NCBI GenBank assembly: GCA_963791065.1
Contig: CAWBQN010000006.1
Location: forward strand, 36,319 to 100,318
Length of the DNA stretch: 64,000 nt
Direction: 5' to 3'
Origin: an uncultured Bacteroidales bacterium
GTDB lineage: Bacteria; Bacteroidota; Bacteroidia; Bacteroidales; VadinHA17
Made by a program: the position numbers and the translations under genes. Below the pieces are notes generated by a model, which did no database searches, had not been told where the DNA came from, and was given only the letters and a program-made list of their open reading frames with translations. Below are positions 43,789-52,990 of this stretch, piece after piece. Every line of letters starts with the position of its first letter. Positions within the stretch are counted from its first letter, which is position 1.

Positions 43789-45042
43789 GTCGACCCACTT
43801 ATAAACCTTGTCAGATCTTCGGAGAAAATCTGGGGTTTTAATAGAACATAATTCCCCTTTTAATGCAGTCTCAGTCACTTTCAGGTCAACCCGGATCTCA
43901 TCTACGTCGTATTCAATTACACCGGTGGTAGGACCTGTAATCAGAATTGTGTCCCCTTTATTCAGATTCCCGTTTTCCAGTTTGATTTCGGCAACATTAA
44001 GTTTTGTAAAATAATTAGTGATCTTACCGATATAGACCTTCCTTTTTGTTGCGCTGGAGCCATAATTTGTGTTCCATTCTCCCATTTTCTGTCCCAGGTA
44101 ATAGCCATCCCAGAAGCCTCTGTTAAAAACTGTTGAGAGTCTTGTCCGCCAGATATCAGTTTTTTCTTTATTAAAAGTCCCGTCTTCAATTGCAATAACA
44201 GCTTGATTATAGCAAGAACATACTTCTTTTACGTATTCAGCTGACCTGGCCCGTCCTTCGATTTTCAGGACCCTGACTCCTGCTGCAATCATTTTATCAA
44301 GGAATCCTATTGTACAGAGATCCTTTGGTGACATAATATATTCATTATCAATCTCTAGCTCATAACCCGATTCCTTGTTTGTTGCGAGGTATGATTTCCG
44401 GCAGGTCTGGTAACATTCACCCCGGTTGGCGGATTTATTATTCTCGTGCAGGCTTAAATAACATTTCCCTGATATAGCCATACACAGCGCTCCGTGAGCA
44501 AACATTTCTATCTTTAAAGGTTTACCTGATGGCCCGGTAATATTCTGGTCAGCTATTTCTTTACTTATATGAGATACCTGGTCGAGATTCAATTCCCGTG
44601 CAAGCACAACAACATCGGCCCATTGAGCGTAAAACTTCAGTGCTTCAATATTGCTTATATTCAGTTGTGTAGAAAGGTGGATCTCAATACCTGCGGATGA
44701 AGCGTAGTTGATAACCGAGAGGTCAGAAGCTATTACAGCGGCAATTCCGCTTTCAACAGCGGCATCTATTATCCTGTGCATCTGATCAATTTCGTGGTCG
44801 TAGACAACCACGTTTACAGTGAGATAGCTTTTAAGACCGTTTTTTTTGCAGATATCACTGATATTACGCAGATCATCAATGGAGAAGTTATTTGATGAAG
44901 CAGCCCTCATATTTAGTTGTTCGACTCCGAAATAGACAGAGTCAGCGCCTCCCTGAGTCGCTGCCATAAGCGATTCATAGGATCCTGCCGGGGCCATAAT
45001 CTCGATTTCTTTTCGTGTCATAATGGGCAGCAAAGATAGCAA
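43765..45042 (-). CDS. U32-family protein (peptidase U32 / TrhP-RlhA-UbiU-like Fe-S enzyme)
   Basis: EIMAPAGS N-terminus and the CX6CX15CX3C motif (Cys187/194/210/214, 44401-44484). The start may be ATG 45021. Confidence 0.85.
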   Translation of the reverse strand: MLSLLPIMTRKEIEIMAPAGSYESLMAATQGGADSVYFGVEQLNMRAASSNNFSIDDLRNISDICKKNGLKSYLTVNVVVYDHEIDQMHRIIDAAVESGIAAVIASDLSVINYASSAGIEIHLSTQLNISNIEALKFYAQWADVVVLARELNLDQVSHISKEIADQNITGPSGKPLKIEMFAHGALCMAISGKCYLSLHENNKSANRGECYQTCRKSYLATNKESGYELEIDNEYIMSPKDLCTIGFLDKMIAAGVRVLKIEGRARSAEYVKEVCSCYNQAVIAIEDGTFNKEKTDIWRTRLSTVFNRGFWDGYYLGQKMGEWNTNYGSSATKRKVYIGKITNYFTKLNVAEIKLENGNLNKGDTILITGPTTGVIEYDVDEIRVDLKVTETALKGELCSIKTPDFLRRSDKVYKWVDSEPLNLP

Positions 45043-46200
45043 TTAGGATTTACCCTTGTTCATGACAATGCGTATGCAGGAACCTTTACCAACCTCCGAA
45101 TGACGAACAAATATCTTTCCGTTATGATATTCTTCGATGATCCTCTTTGCAAGGGATAGGCCCAAACCCCATCCCCTTTGCTTGGTTGTGAAGCCGGGAT
45201 TGAATATTTTATTAAAAGCAGATTTCGGTATCCCTTTTCCTGTATCTGAAATATCTATCAGCGCATGTTTTTCCGATTCGCTGATGTGGATATTTATTTC
45301 TCCGATCCCCTCCATGGCATCCATTGAATTTTTAGATACATTCTCAATTACCCATTCAAAAAGAGCGGCATTTACAGGAACAATAACCTCATTTTTATAG
45401 CTGTGATCGTAAACAAATTTAATTTTTGAGGAAGCTCTTGATCGCAGATAGTCTACAGTTCGTGAAATAATAGGTACAATATCTTCCCTTGTGAGGGATG
45501 GTTTAGAGCCGATCCTTGAAAAGCGCTCGGTCACCTTCTCCAGTCTTTCCACATCACGTGCCAGCTCTTTTGTTACAGATACTTCCGGATATTTATTCTG
45601 AAGGATCTCTATCCATCCGGCAAGCGATGAAGTCGGAGTGCCGAGCTGATGTGCCGTCTCCTTCGACATGCCTACCCATACGCTGTTCTGTTCAGCTTTC
45701 CTCGAGGAGCTAAAAGCCTGATAGGATACCAGTATGAACAGGATTATAAGCGCTACTTGAATATAAGGGTAGAATATCAGCATTCTCAGGATTATGCTGT
45801 CCTTGTAATATATGAGGTTGAAGTGTCCATTCTCGAGATTGTTGACAATAGGTTTGTTTTGCTCCTTAATTTTTTCAAGGTTCTTTCTGAGGTACCTGTA
45901 ATCTGCAATTTTGTGCGAGTCAAAGTTCCTGGCCGCGATAATGCTGTCCGATTCATCAGTTAGGATTACAGGAACAGTGTTATTATTTTCTATAATTGTT
46001 GACAGAAACTCAACATTCTGAAGCGTATCAGGAAGCGAGATCAGCCTTGTAGCTTCAGCCCAAAGCTGAATATTTTTTCTTTCTTCTACCTTGAGTTTTG
46101 AAACGAGAAATTCTGTGTATATGAGGGACCCCATTCCAATTATGACTGCAAACAGAAGCAGAAACAACTTCCAGAAAGTTTTATTTCGAAAAATTTTCAA
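45043..46200 (-). CDS. sensor histidine kinase (canonical)
   Basis: Two TM helices. H-box ETAHQLGTPTSSL, N-box NVSKNSMDA, G1 DTGKGI and G2 GWGLGL. Confidence 0.88.
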   Translation of the reverse strand: MKIFRNKTFWKLFLLLFAVIIGMGSLIYTEFLVSKLKVEERKNIQLWAEATRLISLPDTLQNVEFLSTIIENNNTVPVILTDESDSIIAARNFDSHKIADYRYLRKNLEKIKEQNKPIVNNLENGHFNLIYYKDSIILRMLIFYPYIQVALIILFILVSYQAFSSSRKAEQNSVWVGMSKETAHQLGTPTSSLAGWIEILQNKYPEVSVTKELARDVERLEKVTERFSRIGSKPSLTREDIVPIISRTVDYLRSRASSKIKFVYDHSYKNEVIVPVNAALFEWVIENVSKNSMDAMEGIGEINIHISESEKHALIDISDTGKGIPKSAFNKIFNPGFTTKQRGWGLGLSLAKRIIEEYHNGKIFVRHSEVGKGSCIRIVMNKGKS

Positions 46201-46220
46201 TAGTATATTGTTCTTTATAA

Positions 46221-46252
46221 AATAAATTTCAATTCTATTAGCAATAGAAATT
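46221..46252 (-). terminator. AT-rich hairpin plus T-tract downstream of asmA
   Basis: - strand aatttctatt-gct-aatagaatt followed by gaaatttatttt, 25 nt after the asmA stop. Confidence 0.35.
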
Positions 46253-46276
46253 CAGAGCGGGTACTATTCAAATCTG

Positions 46277-48875
46277 CTATTTCTTCCTGATAACGCTTTT
46301 ATTTACAGGTTGATCCGGAGGGCCCTTTACTGTGTCTTCTCCATCCCAGGTAATCCTGTACTTCGGTTTTTTCTCAGGTTGTTTTGTATTAAGAGCAGAA
46401 TCATTTTTATACCATCCATATTCCTGGTTCAGGATAGTCTTAAGAGACTGCCTCTCCTTTTTGATGTCTTTCGTTACTTCAGTGCCTGTAGCTTTCATGT
46501 CATACCCGACTTTCGCGACTTCACCCTTCCCGATTATTTTCAATAACATCGAGGTCCGGCCAAGTCCATCGTCTTCTACCACACCAAATTCTGTAATATT
46601 GCTTTTGATTCTTTTCCTTTTCTTTGACAGGATTTCAGAGAGCAGTATTTTGACATGGTATTCATAATCGTTATCAAAGCTGTGTCTGCCATTAACAGAT
46701 AGATCAGCGGCGGACGATTTTACATCCATTTGAGGGATATACAGGTAATTGTTTCGTATAAAAAAGTCATTATCAAGCTGTTCAAAACTGATGTTTTCAA
46801 GCTCCGACAGAGCAATAAAAGAAGACAGCTGTTTCACGGGATCGAAATTGATCAGAGCTCCGTTGACAAGATGGTATTTGCCTTCGGCTGTAAGTGTTTT
46901 TATCCTGAAATCCAGCACGGAATCCATAGGTAGAAGGAGTGAAAGGGAACCGGATAATGTACCTTTTATGTTTTCAGCCTTAAGAAAACTCTGCCCGAAA
47001 TTGTGAAATGTTGTGAAAGCGCCGTTTACGTCTATGTTTGTGACAAGAAAATTTCCTTTTGCTATTACCGATCTGTCCCGATTCTGAACAAAAAAACCAT
47101 TGCCTGAAATAAATCCGTTCAATGATTCCATTTTCAACGATTTAAACGTAATTATTTTTGGCCGGTAACTAAGGGCCCCTTCAATTTTTGAAGAAGAAAA
47201 AGTCTTATAGGTCAGGCTGTTGATCTTGAAGCTAATGTTAAGATCAAGATCGCCGGGAAGGGAAACTGCTTTGCGTATATAATCCGATTTCTCCGACGAA
47301 CTGCTTTCATTAAAAAATGCTTCCGGAATCAGTTTGTCAAATGCAACATCAGCCTTTGCCGTCATTATTACAGCTCTTCCTGACAACCATTCAGGAAGAT
47401 TCTTAAACTCTCCGTTGACTTTTATGTTCTGTCCGCGATAGTTGAACTGAAGATTATTGGCCCTTATAGACCTTTGAACAACCAGATTACCATTTACATT
47501 ATTAAAAAGGACCTTATTGTTTTTTATGCCCAGGCCAAATGAATTGAAAGTAATGCCGCCTTCGGGTTTCAGATCGACGATGCTACTCAGCGAGAAGCTA
47601 TTTTTTGGCCATGGCCCGTTGATAATCTTCAGATCAACATCAACGGATCCTTCAGCTTTTGATATATCGTGAAGATTGAAGAACTCTTTCAGTTCCGCCG
47701 GAAAAACCCTCCCTTTCAAAGAGAGATCAACAAGCGGCTTGCTAAATGATTTCAACTTTAAGGCTCCCGTATAATCGGATGATCCGAACCGGGCTTTAAA
47801 ATCTGTAAGAGATACGATACTTGTTTCGATAACTGTTTTTAGACCCATTTGACAGGTAGCCGGTAAAAGAAATATTCTTACAGGTCAGATTTGATTTTTT
47901 GTAAACTATGCTACCGTTCCGGAGCTGCCAGTTAATTTCAATATGAGGATTAGATCTGTGGCTAAGCTGCCCCTTGATCGTGCTGCTGGCTGCTATTGTT
48001 CCCGAAGGATTATAATCAGCTATTGATCTGAGATATTTGTCAGGGAGGTATTTTCTCATACTTGCAAGATCCAGATTATGACCGGTCAGTTTAAGATCAA
48101 GAATATTATCAGTATAAACGGACCCGTTAATTCCGAAATCATAATTATCAATGTGCAAGGTCCCCTTTCTGAAAGCAATACCGCTTTTTGAGCTTAGAAG
48201 AGCCAGATCGATTTTGGCCGCAATTGATTTGTCTATCCTGAATTTGTAAAGATCAAAACTATTTATATTCATATCGGCTACTGCTATAAAGTCGATGTTA
48301 CCACCTGAAATCCTGCTTTTCAATCTGCCACTTTTTACGGTTCCTCTTATTATCAGGTGAGCAGAAATGCTGTTATAACAGCCATCCATATCAGACAGAT
48401 TAATTCTCTTTAGATCTATTATAGTTTCACCTTTGCCCGGCTTGTCATTTTTTATTGATATATTGTAATTTACATGCCCCGTTGAGTCAGTAAAAAAATT
48501 TGCTCTGCCTTCTCTGGCGCTCATGCGTTCAATGGTGTATATCCCTTTCAGGATATCTGTCAGTTTGAATTCCATGGAAACGAACCGGGCAGCAAGGAGG
48601 GTATCAGTGTTTATTCCAATAAATTCCGTACGATCAAAGCCGGCAGATGAATGGACCAGGACGTTTTTCAGTTCGAGCGAAGCTTTCGGAAATTTTTTTA
48701 AAAACGATAGTTTATAAGAACCGACATCGAGTTTAGTCGATAGATTCTTATTGAGTGATCTAAGAATTATAAACCCAACCTTATCTTTAAGAAGCAATGA
48801 GGTCGAAACAAGAACAATTGAAACTGTAACGATCAGTATTGCAAACAGTTTCCCGATTTTCAGGATTAGTTTCAT
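46277..48875 (-). pseudogene. AsmA-family protein gene interrupted by a +1 frameshift in an A5 run (T5 on + strand, 47836-47840)
   Basis: ORFs 47796-48875 and 46277-47848 overlap in different frames. Removing one base of the run joins ...YLSNGSK to TVIETSIVSLTDFK... into one protein of about 865 aa. It could equally be an assembly error. Confidence 0.6.
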
Positions 48876-48968
48876 TTAAATAAAAGAAAATATCAGTCAG
48901 CTGATAGAATAACCAGGCGGTAAAGTTAATTGATTTAGTTTAATATAGTTACTGAACCCCTTTTAATT

Positions 48969-49028
48969 CCTCCTGGCAGGGTATTTAACCTGTGAGTCAG
49001 ACCCCCTTGTGTTCCCCCTGGCAGGGGG
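48969..49028. repeat. direct repeat of YCCYCCTGGCAGGG, second copy forming ccccc-tggca-ggggg hairpin
   Basis: cctcctggcaggg at 48969-48981 and ccccctggcaggggg at 49014-49028. Confidence 0.75.
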
Positions 49029-49085
49029 AAAAAATCTCAATGTTCTAGTTTGATCTGCTTTAATTGCAGAGTTTTTTCGCCCCTT

Positions 49086-49886
49086 TCAGGGGAGATGCCG
49101 CGAAGCGGCAGAGGGGTTTAACTCATTGATATTATGATTCCCGGGGATACTGACTACCGAATGTATGTTGAAAGTATTGTATAAGATATTAATTAACAGA
49201 ACCTTATTGCTGAGAATATCTCCTGATCCGGTAATTACCTTAATGACTTCATTAGCCATATAAGTTCCTACTACCCCCGGCAGGACACCAAACAGACCCA
49301 CTGTTGCAGGTAACGGGTTCTTAAATCCTTCACCTGCCGGTTCCGGATTAAAGCATCTGTAAGTTGCTCCTCCTTTATAATTAAAGACCGAGATCACACC
49401 TTCATACTTATATATGGCTCCATGGACCATAGGTTTTCCAAGAATAACACACGAATCGTTAATTAGGTACCTGGAATCAAGATTATCAGTGGCGTCAACA
49501 ATAATATCATATTGTTTTAAAATATCAAGAGAATTTGAAGAATCGCACCTGAGATTATATACTTCTGACTCAACATTCGGGTTAAGGTGAATCAGACGCT
49601 CATTTGCTATTATTGATTTCAGCTTTCCAACATCAGTCGATCCATATAATACTTGTCTTTGAAGATTGGTTTCATCGACAGTATCAAATTCAGCAATTCC
49701 TATTTTCCCGATTCCTGCTGCTGTAAGATATTGAAGAACAGGGCATCCTAACCCGCCTGCACCAATAACAAGTACTTTCGCCTGTTTTAGTTTTTCCTGA
49801 CCTTTAAGTCCGATTTCAGGGATCATGATCTGTTTTGCGTACCGCCTTATTTCCTTTGGAGATAATATACTGCTATCCATATCCAA
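49086..49886 (-). CDS. ThiF/MoeB/HesA-family adenylyltransferase (E1-like)
   Basis: Nucleotide-binding VLVIGAGGLGCPVLQYL and YRCFNPEP. The last roughly 10 codons run into GC hairpins (49080-49109). Confidence 0.85.
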   Translation of the reverse strand: MDMDSSILSPKEIRRYAKQIMIPEIGLKGQEKLKQAKVLVIGAGGLGCPVLQYLTAAGIGKIGIAEFDTVDETNLQRQVLYGSTDVGKLKSIIANERLIHLNPNVESEVYNLRCDSSNSLDILKQYDIIVDATDNLDSRYLINDSCVILGKPMVHGAIYKYEGVISVFNYKGGATYRCFNPEPAGEGFKNPLPATVGLFGVLPGVVGTYMANEVIKVITGSGDILSNKVLLINILYNTFNIHSVVSIPGNHNINELNPSAASRHLP

Positions 49887-49969
49887 TAATTACCTTATCA
49901 GTACAAATATACGGTAGCTGTTCAAAAGAAACAATATGATAACAAGCAGAGACGCCAGGTCAATAATAT

Positions 49970-49998
49970 GTAGAGACGCCCAATTTGAACGTCTCTAC
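49970..49998. repeat. third copy of the GTAGAGACGCCCA palindrome (2 mismatches in right arm) plus a partial copy at 49946-49961
   Basis: aatatgtagagacgcccaatttgaacgtctctacg versus aatatgtagagacgcccaatttgggcgtctctacg at 38721. Confidence 0.85.
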
Positions 49999-50048
49999 GA
50001 ATAATCAGGAATGAAACAGAGATTAATTAGTCAAAAATGAAAAACATT

Positions 50049-50990
50049 TTAATTGTTGAATGTCAGAGCCACACCTACCTCAAATGGATAAAGATCAGTC
50101 CCGGCCGGTCCTTTCCCGGTCTCAAACAGAGGAGTCATATAATAGGTTCCATAAAGCTGGAAATTCCCATAACCAACCCGGGCAGTTGCACCATATCTTA
50201 ACATATTTAAACTAAAATCTCCATATGACTTGACCGTGTGTCCGTTCTCAAACACCATTTTTGTATGTGATCCAAGCTTTATGGCACCGATCGGCCCTGC
50301 TGCAATACTCAGGTTGTTGTGATCGACATGCAACTGACATTCAAGCAGAAAGGGAACGGTAAGAAACAGAGTAGTCAGTTTCGATTTATCGAGGTTCGAT
50401 CCGGGATCGAGTACATCTATAACCCCGTTATCACCTTTTATAATATTGTTGTTCCCGTCAAATCTGTAATTGTTCCAGTTGAGGCCAAGTCCGGTAACGA
50501 ACCCGACATGCCTGCTCAAACCAAGGCTCAGTTGAGCGAAATTGAGATTGAAATTAATCGATTTACCCGAGTTTAGAGTCATATAATCTATATTAGCGGG
50601 AAGAGCCATACTCCTGTCTGATGTTACCCAGTTATTGAATCCGAGTTCAATTCCCGACCAGTGTCCTTTGAATCTATTTCCTCTTCTCTCATGTTCATGG
50701 TCGTTATCGTCAGCATCCCAATCGTTCTTCACCGGATAGTTTCTTATATTAAGCGTCGGACCTTCCAGTGATTCAAGGATATCCAGTCTTCTGTCTCCGC
50801 TTTTTAGCTTTTGTACCGAATCGTGACCTTCAATGTAAGTTTGCTCCTTAAGGGCAGTATCACTGGAGGATACGGCTTTTTTAGAATCATTTGCCTTTTT
50901 ATCGCCTTCCTGTCCCTCGGCTGTAACTTTAAGGCTGAATCCATACATAGTTATTGCAGTGAGCAATATGATCATTCCAATCCTTTTCAT
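50049..50990 (-). CDS. outer-membrane beta-barrel protein (porin-like)
   Basis: Signal peptide, acidic/His-rich linker (DWDADDNDHEHERRG), then alternating beta-strand pattern to the C-terminus. Confidence 0.65.
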   Translation of the reverse strand: MKRIGMIILLTAITMYGFSLKVTAEGQEGDKKANDSKKAVSSSDTALKEQTYIEGHDSVQKLKSGDRRLDILESLEGPTLNIRNYPVKNDWDADDNDHEHERRGNRFKGHWSGIELGFNNWVTSDRSMALPANIDYMTLNSGKSINFNLNFAQLSLGLSRHVGFVTGLGLNWNNYRFDGNNNIIKGDNGVIDVLDPGSNLDKSKLTTLFLTVPFLLECQLHVDHNNLSIAAGPIGAIKLGSHTKMVFENGHTVKSYGDFSLNMLRYGATARVGYGNFQLYGTYYMTPLFETGKGPAGTDLYPFEVGVALTFNN

Positions 50991-51051
50991 GTCAGTAAAT
51001 TTTAAAATTGTTAGTTGTTTCAGTGATGTGACGTGGAAGTAGCCGGAAAAG

Positions 51052-52152
51052 TTACCTCAGGGGTTCAGAATTTTTAACGGGTGTATTAAATTTAAGAATC
51101 CTTGAACTGAAATATACTGACTTCAGAACTCCATTGCCATCTCTTTTTTCATCAAGAGCCATTTCCCACCCAAGGAGCTTATTCAGTCCACTGACGCCGG
51201 CCTCAGCTATCTCATAAGCTTTCAAAGGGCTGTCTTTAGCCGTTTTCTCTTTCAATATTTTTTCACGGAATGTTTTTGCAATGAACTTCCTTAGTTTCGA
51301 CCTGTCTTCATCCTCATCAGGAATTGCAGCTGCAGAATTTAATGCTGCCAGGGTACAGGGTATTATTCCAGTGTTCAGATTAATCTTTTCAGTAACGAAT
51401 ATTTTGTAGGGCAATGCAGCGACAAGATCAGCATAATGAATCTGTGAATTATTTTGAACCGACTGTTTTATGGAAGTATCCGGCATAGTCGTAGTGGTCC
51501 TCTGATCAGCAATAACTGGATTTTTACGACGGTTTGCTGATTTGACTATTTTCGCTTCAGCCGGTACACTGGCAGCTAAAATTTCACCGGCTGGTTTTTT
51601 TTCTGTGCTGTCAGCAACTATCGCTCTGGCTGTTTTTTCCGTAACAACCTGCAGGACCCTGGGTTTTGAAATATTGGTCATGATCACCAGTAATATTATG
51701 GCGGCTGCGGGTAACCCAATAAGAGATAATCGGAATAATTTCTGAACCGGCGTTCTCCTGAATAGTCTGTTCATGTTTTTAAAGCTGATATTGACCGGTT
51801 CCAGTTTTGTTTTCTGAATTAATTCAAATGACCTCTTCTTTTCAGGGTCCGTCTCAATGCTTGCTTTAAATTCATCTTTCTGCGCTTTGGAGAGATCATT
51901 TTCCAGGTATGCAACAGAAAGGTAATCAAGCTGCTGGATGGATAGATTTGAAATTGTCTTCTTTAAATTGCGTTTACCAGGATAATGTTGATCCGATGGT
52001 TTTAATCTGAATATGGTCAACTCATCAAATTCATCTTTCAGATCAGGGTTTGCCGTCAGAAAATGCTGGAGCTGTTCACACTGGATATCATTAAGATTTC
52101 CATCGAGCCAATCGATAAGCCATACTTCATAATTTGATCTGTCGATTTGCAT
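51052..52152 (-). CDS. putative anti-sigma factor (single-pass membrane protein)
   Basis: Starts 3 nt after the ECF sigma stop. N-terminal YEVWLIDWLDGNL...ANPDLKDEFDEL is anti-sigma-like, with one TM helix near aa 140-165. Confidence 0.55.
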   Translation of the reverse strand: MQIDRSNYEVWLIDWLDGNLNDIQCEQLQHFLTANPDLKDEFDELTIFRLKPSDQHYPGKRNLKKTISNLSIQQLDYLSVAYLENDLSKAQKDEFKASIETDPEKKRSFELIQKTKLEPVNISFKNMNRLFRRTPVQKLFRLSLIGLPAAAIILLVIMTNISKPRVLQVVTEKTARAIVADSTEKKPAGEILAASVPAEAKIVKSANRRKNPVIADQRTTTTMPDTSIKQSVQNNSQIHYADLVAALPYKIFVTEKINLNTGIIPCTLAALNSAAAIPDEDEDRSKLRKFIAKTFREKILKEKTAKDSPLKAYEIAEAGVSGLNKLLGWEMALDEKRDGNGVLKSVYFSSRILKFNTPVKNSEPLR

Positions 52153-52154
52153 TT

Positions 52155-52640
52155 CTATAGAACAGTTTCAATCTTTCCTATAAAATTTTTCAGGGCAATC
52201 CTGCCCCTGTATATGTTTATCTTGACCTGGGCTTCGCTCATGCCGGTAATTTCTCCGATCTCTTTGTAGCTGTACCCTTCATAATCACGAAGCAGAACTG
52301 AGGATCTTTGCTGATCGGTCAGATTGTCGAGAGCTTTATGGAGTATTTCATTCAGATCAGAATATTGAGATTCGCATATCATTTCCTTTTCATGGATCAG
52401 CTCAAGAGTTGTCATTCTCTTTTCTCTCCTAATAATATCAATCATAATATGATATGCCGTCGAGAAGAGCCATGACTTAACTACATTATAGTCGATGTCA
52501 GTAACGTTTCTCCAGAGCCTTTCAAAACTGTCCTGCACGATATCATTTGCCCGTTCATCATCCTTAAGATTGCCACGGATGAAGCGGTAAACCGAATCGG
52601 CATATTCTTCAGCTGACCTGTTATATTCAGTAACTGTCAT
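52155..52640 (-). CDS. ECF (sigma-70 group 4) RNA polymerase sigma factor
   Basis: Region 2 (DIVQDSFERLW) and region 4 HTH (YSYKEIGEITGMSEAQVKINIYRGR). Start moved to ATG 52640. Confidence 0.88.
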   Translation of the reverse strand: MTVTEYNRSAEEYADSVYRFIRGNLKDDERANDIVQDSFERLWRNVTDIDYNVVKSWLFSTAYHIMIDIIRREKRMTTLELIHEKEMICESQYSDLNEILHKALDNLTDQQRSSVLLRDYEGYSYKEIGEITGMSEAQVKINIYRGRIALKNFIGKIETVL

Positions 52641-52990
52641 AGAGTGAATTACACTGCAAAGACGGATGAAATTAGCAAAAGTTACATACAGAATCAAAAA
52701 AATCCTGTATTGGCATATTTATCATTTTGCAAACAAATTCTTAATTTCCTTGTTATTATTTAGAATAAATTTAAATATAGGGGATTGGTTGCAAGTAAAG
52801 GTCTTACGTGCAATTAAATTACAATATAAAAAATGGGAATAAAAACTAACCGGGATAATTAATGATTACGATTACAATAGTTGTGTTGATCCTGATAATA
52901 AGAAGATTGATGGCATTTATTATATCCCTCACCAAATAGCAGGGAAATATAATGATATTTCCCACGCATATATTTTATAATTAATTTTCT

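Noticed and set aside
49054-49077. Orphan + strand terminator-like hairpin (tctgc-tttaatt-gcaga followed by gTTTTTT) with no + strand gene upstream. It could mark an sRNA.
   Set aside because: The stem is only 5 bp with 3 GC pairs, in a region crowded with other palindromes. Without expression data it is not distinguishable from chance.
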